DNA of 64,000 nucleotides from a virus, in IMG/VR virus record IMGVR_UViG_3300020463_000016, positions 4,038 to 68,037 of that record; one strand, 5' to 3'. Position 1 is the first letter of the stretch. The number at the start of each line of letters is the position of its first letter. This document shows positions 57,574 through 64,000 of this stretch, in pieces. The translations under genes were made by a program, and so were the position numbers. The notes beneath the pieces are model-generated. The model was not told the origin of the DNA and ran no database searches. It worked only from the letters and a program-made list of their open reading frames with translations.

Positions 57574-57918
57574 TTAATATGTCCATAAAGTTGTATCAGG
57601 TGCGCCTGAATAGCCTATACCTAAATGTATAAAACCTTTTTTACGACTAACACCTATTCTAGTAAAACCAACTTCCATAGCAGCTTTAACCAATCTAAAT
57701 GTTTTACCACCACCTACACTTTCTATATCTACAGCAGCTCCATAGGCATGTTCGCCCGGGCTATTTTTTGCGGCTTCAATAGGATGATCTGGACTTCTAT
57801 ATGTTGATGTTAACTTTATAGGATTACCATATACTTCTCTTAGCCTGTCAAGCATTTCAAGAAGCTTTTGATCCATCATCTCAAAATTACTAAATTCAGA
57901 TTCACTAAAGTATTTCAT
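57574..57918 (-). CDS. Endolysin, peptidase M15 family
   Basis: YF..SEF, LD.LRE..G.PI.LTS.YRS, H..G.AVDI, FIHL. Confidence 0.85.
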   Translation of the reverse strand: MKYFSESEFSNFEMMDQKLLEMLDRLREVYGNPIKLTSTYRSPDHPIEAAKNSPGEHAYGAAVDIESVGGGKTFRLVKAAMEVGFTRIGVSRKKGFIHLGIGYSGAPDTTLWTY

Positions 57919-58136
57919 TTTTTATTTCTATCTTTTAATTTCATATAAATATTCATCCCTGTATATAGTATTGTCATTATCAATACTATAGTTTGTAACA
58001 TGGGGTTTATGTTAGGCATTACTGAAAATGCTACCGCTCCGACGTTTATGCCGTAAATTTTTAAGTCGTTCAATTTATTTATGTTTGCTGTTTCCAAATA
58101 CTTTTTCCACTCCACGCGACCCAAAATAACCTCCAA
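57915..58136 (-). CDS. Small membrane protein, holin/antiholin candidate; true start probably downstream
   Basis: Hydrophobic helices and basic tail in the lysis cassette. Confidence 0.5.
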   Translation of the reverse strand: MEVILGRVEWKKYLETANINKLNDLKIYGINVGAVAFSVMPNINPMLQTIVLIMTILYTGMNIYMKLKDRNKK

Positions 58137-58488
58137 TTACAATAGTAAGAAGACCAGTTATTGAATCTAAAGGGTAGCCCATATACCAGCCGGCTACATA
58201 ACTTACTGTTAAAAAAACTAAAGTTAAAGGGCGAACATTTGCTGCAAGCCATGAACCCGAAGTTGCGTCTGCAACCCAGCGCCTTGTTGTGCCGTCTATT
58301 TCAGCTCTCTCAATATCTAATTTTTTAAGTGCAATTTTTTTATCAGCTTCTGACATATCAGAACCGCCTATAATAGCCTGTATAACAGAGCCTACTGGTG
58401 TGTCACCTGCTATTGCGCCAACGACGCTGGGAATTTTTTCTAATAAAAACTTCCCAACGCCGGTATCTTTAAAACGTTTTTTAGCCAT
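58075..58488 (-). CDS. Holin-like protein
   Basis: RW.AD..SWL..NVRPL TM...GGYFGSRGVEK. Confidence 0.7.
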   Translation of the reverse strand: MAKKRFKDTGVGKFLLEKIPSVVGAIAGDTPVGSVIQAIIGGSDMSEADKKIALKKLDIERAEIDGTTRRWVADATSGSWLAANVRPLTLVFLTVSYVAGWYMGYPLDSITGLLTIVIGGYFGSRGVEKVFGNSKHK

Positions 58489-58496
58489 ATTTAATT

Positions 58497-61400
58497 TTAT
58501 TTAAATGCCATATATAAGTAAGTTTCATTGTTTTGATTATATCCTATTGTATTATTTTTAAGTTCAAACCCAGTTGATAAAAAATCTACATTATAATTTG
58601 TGCTTGTTATTTCGGCTAAACTATCATTAGGAAATAATGCAGTATTTATAGGGTTTGATGTATTTCTTTTATTATCTAATATATACCAATAACCTCCTGT
58701 TGGCCCGGCGGGTTTTGTTAATAAAAAACTTGGTTCAAATCCGGTAGTAATTATATTGCCGCTTGTAGTTCCGTCACCGGTATAACTCCCTATCTTACTA
58801 TATCCCGCAACTGAGTGCCAACAATATGATATGTAATCGTTAGAAGCACTTTTATTCATTTCATTTGCAGAAGAAACACCAACTTGAAAAGTATTAGTAG
58901 AATATGCTTGATAAAAAGTTGTGCTACTATATTTTATATTTGAGGTATTTAAAGTAAAATAATCATTTATGCCAAGTCCCGAAATACCACCAATTCCTAC
59001 AACCCAAGAAGTTGCATTTGTAAGACCTTTAGTGAAGATAATTTCAGGAGAAGAAGAAGTCAAACCATGTCCTATAGTTTTTCCATCCACGCCTGTTCCT
59101 GTCCATTTCACAATACTAAATCCCGCGGCAGTATTTGCACTAACTTGACTTGTTATAGTTCCATCTGTATTAGAGACAGCAGTACCACCGCCTTTCCAAA
59201 CCCATGAAACAAAAGAATCATTATTTTTATTTATTGAATTATCAGTACCTATAAAAAATCCGTTTTTTTCAAAAGAAGTAAAATAATTTGCGCTTGTGAG
59301 TTCTTGTGATGTTAAATTTGAATAAAGAAATTTTTGTACACCTCTAACTGAATCGCCTAAATTATGATTATCTGCACTATCTCTACTTTTTAACCAAATC
59401 AATCCACCACTTGTTTCCAAGTCCATTCCTACATTAGAAATGTATTGTTTTGCACTTGTACCCTCATACAATACAGTCTTAAAGTTAGATGTATCTACTT
59501 CAGGTTTTTCGTTGTAAAGTTTGGTTACTTGGCTATCTGTTAACGCAGTGTTATATACCCTAACTTGATCAATTAAACCACTCCAAGCATACGAGTTCCA
59601 AGATGAACCTCCCCCTGCCCCTCTATTATCAATTGCACCTATATATAACGGGACGGTATTACTATTTTTACTTGCGCTTGTTGTTGTTGTAGCTGATACA
59701 TTATTAAGATAAGTTTTTAATTGTACCCCATTTTGCCAAGTTATACAGTAATGATACCAATTTCCATTTGATACAGTATTAGGGTGTGTGCTTGAAACGC
59801 TATTTGAATACCCACTTCCGTAATATACATAAGTAGCAATAGTACCGTTATCATTAAAAGTTAATAACAATTCTGCGTTTCCCGAGCCTGCCCAATACTT
59901 TCCTAATGGATTTCTATATCCTGATGAACCATCAATATAGTCAGGATTAAACCAAAAAGACAAACTAAAATCAGAGCCTAAAGATTTAATTCCTGTATCT
60001 ATATAACTACTTGCTAAAGCAGGAAACTTAGCGGCTTGACCATATTTTCCAAACCTGTATTCTATATTTGATTCAGTACCATCATAAGCATACTTTACAT
60101 TAGTATCTGTTCCGTTATAGTTACCAGATAAATCTGTAGAATTACCGTCTAATTGATATGTTGCAATACACGATGTATCTCCTAATATTTGTAAAGTACC
60201 AGTTGTATTTTTTGTTTCATTATATAAAGTGGTAACCTCAGAAGGGCTAACGGCTTTATTAAATATTCGCACCTGATCAAGATCTATATCTGCGTGTCTA
60301 TTGCCGGTTCCTGTTGAATCCCCCAATGTATGATTGGTTTCGGTACTGTTTAAAAAGTTTTTATCTACTGTATCTTGAACTATTTGTGCTCCATCAACAT
60401 ATAAAGTTCTTGTTCTGTTATTACCTGCTGAGTTATATTTATCTGTAACTACAAGATGGTGCCATTGACCATTATCATAAGTATTAGGTGTTATAATCCA
60501 ACTATTGTGTTGACCGGAGCCTCCGTATGTATAATAAAAAAGTTTTCCAGTAGGAAAATTTCCGTTATCATTCCCACCAAAGCCAATAAATTGGTAAGAG
60601 CCAACGTTGTTTTGAAAAATAGGATTACTCCCGCCTCCATTATTTAATCTTGTAGTGGTAGATTTAACCCAGCAACTAAATGTAAAATTATTTGTGTTAT
60701 TGCTATTTGTCGGTAATCCCGCAATTGGAGGTAATGTTATTGCACTACTACTCCCATTAAAGATTGCTCCTTCATTAAACTTACCACTTGTTCTGGATAA
60801 GTCTTTGCTATTATTATCTAATTTATAATATGCAGTGTTAGCAATAGGATAAGCAATGTCAGTTGTTGTAGCTGTATACTTACAGGCAATTTCACCTGCA
60901 CCATTTCCATAAAGTTTACTAATTTCTGTTGAATTTAATGCTCTGTTAAATATACGGACTTGATCTATTGAGCCATTCATTACCGCAGTACCTGTTGCTG
61001 ATGCACCTATTTTGTTTCCTGAACTATGACTAAATTGTGTATTATCATTAGGGGTGCTTGTTATAGGCGTTGCATTATCTATATACATTTTTAAAGTTAC
61101 ACCATCATAAGTTACTGCAATATGGTGCCAGTTTCCATCTCTTAAATTTGCACTTGAATGGAGTGCGTATTGACTACCTGTGTATATAATGAATGAATAA
61201 GTATTATTGTATGCACCACTTCCAACATCATAGCCAAATTCCATATATATTGGGTTGCGAAAATCCATAAAATATTGAGCCGCAGTGCTTGTTGAGTTAA
61301 ACCAAAAACTCATAGTAAAATTGTAATTGGTAAAACCTGAAAGAGTTGGAACTGTAATATAACTATTACTCCCATTGAACCTTGCTCCATATAATGATTT

Positions 61401-62228
61401 CCCGCCAACGCCAAAGTCTACGTTTGATGGTATTCCATTAATATTTGTATAAACTAAATTAGAAGAAGTTGCATTATAATTACCAGATAGATCATTAACA
61501 TTATTATTTAAAGTGTATGCTGCATAGCAAGAAGAATCTCCTAAAATTTGTAAAGTATCTGTTGTTTCATTAGACTCATTATAAAGCGTTGATACTTCTG
61601 CGCTTGTTATTAATCTATTAAAAAAACGAACTTGATCAATCTCGCCTACTAAGCTTGCCACACTTTGGTTTTGATAGCCTAATCTATTATACTTATAGTT
61701 TGAGTTTGTATATGTTAAAAAAGTACCATCCCAAGTCGTATTACCTACCAACGAATTATTTATGTATAAAGAAACCCCGCTGGCTGTATTTCCGGTCCAA
61801 ACTATATGATACCAATCACCTACAGTTAATGCTGATGATGTTACCTCTGATGTTACAGACGAAGAACTTAAAACTCTTGCGCGTATAGTACCGTTGGTTT
61901 CAACATCAATTAAATTATAAATATCATTTAAAAGCTTCATAATAGCTCCACCGTAACTATTTGTTTGAGTAGCATGCTTATACCATAAAGAAACAGTAAA
62001 AGCACTCCCAGACCTCATCGGGTCGTCTATCGTAGAAGGTAATTCTATATAACTATTGGTGTTATTAAACTTTGCGGCTTCTCTAAATTTACCGCCTCCA
62101 TCGGCAGCGGATGCGTCATAGTCTAAAGTATATAAGGCTACGCCGCTATTATCTTTGAATATATCTGTGGTATCTGTGAAGCACTTTGGCCCTCCAAAGA
62201 ATCCAGAGTTAAATCCTTGTCCAAACAT
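58497..62228 (-). CDS. LamG/concanavalin A-like multi-domain tail fibre/adhesin
   Basis: Four W.H....IDQVR.FN LamG-type repeats; C-terminal SQVSAN..AGFSIV...HSVAGYSKIGSYTG domain. Confidence 0.8.
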   Translation of the reverse strand: MFGQGFNSGFFGGPKCFTDTTDIFKDNSGVALYTLDYDASAADGGGKFREAAKFNNTNSYIELPSTIDDPMRSGSAFTVSLWYKHATQTNSYGGAIMKLLNDIYNLIDVETNGTIRARVLSSSSVTSEVTSSALTVGDWYHIVWTGNTASGVSLYINNSLVGNTTWDGTFLTYTNSNYKYNRLGYQNQSVASLVGEIDQVRFFNRLITSAEVSTLYNESNETTDTLQILGDSSCYAAYTLNNNVNDLSGNYNATSSNLVYTNINGIPSNVDFGVGGKSLYGARFNGSNSYITVPTLSGFTNYNFTMSFWFNSTSTAAQYFMDFRNPIYMEFGYDVGSGAYNNTYSFIIYTGSQYALHSSANLRDGNWHHIAVTYDGVTLKMYIDNATPITSTPNDNTQFSHSSGNKIGASATGTAVMNGSIDQVRIFNRALNSTEISKLYGNGAGEIACKYTATTTDIAYPIANTAYYKLDNNSKDLSRTSGKFNEGAIFNGSSSAITLPPIAGLPTNSNNTNNFTFSCWVKSTTTRLNNGGGSNPIFQNNVGSYQFIGFGGNDNGNFPTGKLFYYTYGGSGQHNSWIITPNTYDNGQWHHLVVTDKYNSAGNNRTRTLYVDGAQIVQDTVDKNFLNSTETNHTLGDSTGTGNRHADIDLDQVRIFNKAVSPSEVTTLYNETKNTTGTLQILGDTSCIATYQLDGNSTDLSGNYNGTDTNVKYAYDGTESNIEYRFGKYGQAAKFPALASSYIDTGIKSLGSDFSLSFWFNPDYIDGSSGYRNPLGKYWAGSGNAELLLTFNDNGTIATYVYYGSGYSNSVSSTHPNTVSNGNWYHYCITWQNGVQLKTYLNNVSATTTTSASKNSNTVPLYIGAIDNRGAGGGSSWNSYAWSGLIDQVRVYNTALTDSQVTKLYNEKPEVDTSNFKTVLYEGTSAKQYISNVGMDLETSGGLIWLKSRDSADNHNLGDSVRGVQKFLYSNLTSQELTSANYFTSFEKNGFFIGTDNSINKNNDSFVSWVWKGGGTAVSNTDGTITSQVSANTAAGFSIVKWTGTGVDGKTIGHGLTSSSPEIIFTKGLTNATSWVVGIGGISGLGINDYFTLNTSNIKYSSTTFYQAYSTNTFQVGVSSANEMNKSASNDYISYCWHSVAGYSKIGSYTGDGTTSGNIITTGFEPSFLLTKPAGPTGGYWYILDNKRNTSNPINTALFPNDSLAEITSTNYNVDFLSTGFELKNNTIGYNQNNETYLYMAFK

Positions 62229-62229
62229 A

Positions 62230-62589
62230 TTATGTTGCCGGTTGAACTATAGTATACCAAAATTCAGTTGCAGATATACATAGTATTTGAATTAAATTTT
62301 TAGTCCCTGAAGTATCATCATATTCCCCTGAAACCCTATTAAATGTACCTGAACTACCGCCTACAGTCCAAGTATCTGCTGTATATGAACTACCAGCTCC
62401 GGTAACTAATATTACTTTTGTTATTCCTACAACAGGATTTTGTATGTTAAATGTTGTATTTGCATTAGGTGTTAAAGTAAACACTTCTGCGTTTTTAAAG
62501 TTAACATTAACTGTTGCACCTGCTGTAAGCGTATCTGTTGTGTTAAATTCATCGGCTAATATATCCGACGTTATTTTTGTTAATGCCAT
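62230..62589 (-). CDS. Tail fibre adaptor-like protein
   Basis: Clear paralogue of 63431..63787 (FTLTP..NTT.NI..PV.GI.K, G.YDDT...KNLIQI.C...EFWYTI). Confidence 0.6.
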   Translation of the reverse strand: MALTKITSDILADEFNTTDTLTAGATVNVNFKNAEVFTLTPNANTTFNIQNPVVGITKVILVTGAGSSYTADTWTVGGSSGTFNRVSGEYDDTSGTKNLIQILCISATEFWYTIVQPAT

Positions 62590-62590
62590 A

Positions 62591-63430
62591 TTAGAATGTT
62601 ATTGTTCCTGTACCTGCTGTAAATGATATTACAGTGTCTCCAGATACAGTTGAAGTTGAATGTGTTAATCCTCCTGATATTGTTGGGGTAGCTCCTGTAA
62701 ATCTTAAAATTACAATTCCTGATCCCCCGGGTGCTCCTTGATAATTATATAAACCACCAGAGGAATAATTACCATCGCCACCGGCACCTTCGCCACCAAT
62801 TCCTCTATTAGCTGCACCAGCAACTGCAATATCATAGGTTCCGCCTCCTTCACCGTGCCCGCCGCCACCATAAGTTACATTACTTCCTGTTATATTGTTT
62901 GTAACACCAGCACCTCCGTTTCCTTGTGTGTTGCTTCCAGAAGAAGCACCTCCAGCACCTCCAGCACCACCACCACCGGATGATGCACAACAACTAGCAC
63001 CCATATTCCCACCAGCATTGCCTGCAGTTGCAGAACCACCTAAAGCACTAACTATACCGCCAGCACCACCACCGGATGCTCCTGATCTTCCGTGGTTATC
63101 ACTGCTTAAAGCACCTGATACTTGAGCACTACCACCCCCACCTCCACCAGCGGCAGTTATATCATGAAAAATAGAATTCCCACCATTTGGACCACGTACT
63201 GATGCACCTGTCCACGAACCACCATTAGAAGTAGGGGCAACTTGCACGGTAAGATTTGTTCCCGTAGGAAAATCCGCTGTAGAGATTACAACAGCACCAC
63301 CGCCGCCTCCGCCACCTGCTCTATCATTGCCAGGAGACCCACCACCGCCTGTGCCCCCTGCACCAACAATTAAATATTGTATGCTTATATCCCCTTTAAG
63401 GGTAGAAAGCATTATAGTATCGCCTAACAT
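62591..63430 (-). CDS. Glycine-rich tail fibre/spike protein
   Basis: YLIVGAGG.GG, GGGGGG tracts, GGSGIVILRF. Confidence 0.7.
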   Translation of the reverse strand: MLGDTIMLSTLKGDISIQYLIVGAGGTGGGGSPGNDRAGGGGGGGAVVISTADFPTGTNLTVQVAPTSNGGSWTGASVRGPNGGNSIFHDITAAGGGGGGSAQVSGALSSDNHGRSGASGGGAGGIVSALGGSATAGNAGGNMGASCCASSGGGGAGGAGGASSGSNTQGNGGAGVTNNITGSNVTYGGGGHGEGGGTYDIAVAGAANRGIGGEGAGGDGNYSSGGLYNYQGAPGGSGIVILRFTGATPTISGGLTHSTSTVSGDTVISFTAGTGTITF

Positions 63431-63787
63431 TTATGAAGCTATTTGTGATATTGTATACCAAAATTCAGTTGTCCCAACACACATAATCTGTATTAAGTTT
63501 TTCGTTGCATTGGTATCATCGTAGTCTCCTGCTATTTTATTAAAAGTATTAGCAGAACCACCAACATTTAAAGTTATAGTATATGAATTACCAGTTCCTG
63601 TTATTATAAAAGCTTTTGATATTCCAATTACCGGATCTGTAATATTTAATGTTGTATTTGATGTAGGCGTTAACGTAAATATTTGTGCACTATCATAATC
63701 TACAGTAATAGTTGAAGCTGGCGTTAAAGCCGTAACTGTATTAAATCCGCCAGATAGTAATTCTGGTTTTACTTTAGTTTGTGCCAT
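63431..63787 (-). CDS. Tail fibre adaptor-like protein
   Basis: Paralogue of 62230..62589. Confidence 0.6.
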   Translation of the reverse strand: MAQTKVKPELLSGGFNTVTALTPASTITVDYDSAQIFTLTPTSNTTLNITDPVIGISKAFIITGTGNSYTITLNVGGSANTFNKIAGDYDDTNATKNLIQIMCVGTTEFWYTISQIAS

Positions 63788-63790
63788 TAT

Positions 63791-64000
63791 TTAAGTTGTT
63801 GCTATTAATTCAAATGTAGGAGGTTGATATGAGCCATCTCCAGCACCAATAGTATATCCGTTAGAAAAAGCGTAATAATCATAAGTAGAGTTATAACTTG
63901 CAATTCTATATTGTAAAGTTTTGTCGCTTGTCCATGTACCTATTATGCCAGCTGCAATATTCTCTGAGCTTGCGCCTACTTGTAACCCTCTACACACAGA
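63791..64000 (-). CDS. C-terminal part of a tail-associated protein; start lies outside the window
   Basis: Similar to the C-terminus of 10694..11272. Confidence 0.5.
   Translation of the reverse strand, partial: SVCRGLQVGASSENIAAGIIGTWTSDKTLQYRIASYNSTYDYYAFSNGYTIGAGDGSYQPPTFELIATT

Noticed and set aside
58497-63787. Diversity-generating retroelement acting on tail fibres
   Set aside because: No reverse transcriptase; the repeats are diverged in-frame paralogues, not an adenine-specific TR/VR pair.
1-64000. Stop-codon reassignment as in some crAss-like phages
   Set aside because: Long genes are intact and densely packed under code 11; no suppressor tRNA seen.

Overview
Most of the genome of an AT-rich dsDNA tailed phage read in standard genetic code 11. 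It is probably a short-tailed phage of Bacteroidota/Flavobacteriia with a crAss-like structural module; host and taxonomy are inferred from protein resemblance, A-rich leaders without Shine-Dalgarno sequences and a BACON-like domain. Two arms diverge from a non-coding AT-rich region (11675-12235). The + arm (12236-30551) carries small early genes, a tRNA-like RNA plus tRNA-fMet, DNA ligase, a sigma-like protein, ERF/exonuclease/SSB, a primase-helicase, a ThyA-family enzyme, two NTP pyrophosphatases, a resolvase and NrdB/NrdA. No DNA polymerase is recognisable. The - arm carries small basic proteins, GroEL/GroES and tail fibres (1-11674), and fibres, lysis genes, terminase, portal, scaffold, major capsid, tail ring/nozzle and three ejection proteins (30597-64000). 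The arms meet at a terminator near 30560-30598. Main leads: (1) a ThyA-like enzyme with Asp at the E. coli Asn177 specificity position (a dCMP-type active site) next to two NTP pyrophosphatases; (2) an 80-nt tmRNA-like RNA with a G3:U70 pair but no mRNA-like domain; (3) a fixed-spacing bipartite motif repeated five times in the early arm, together with a sigma-region-2-like segment inside the 2665-aa putative ejected protein; (4) a split nozzle gene with an appended adhesin-like arm. All product calls are by eye; no database searches were run.
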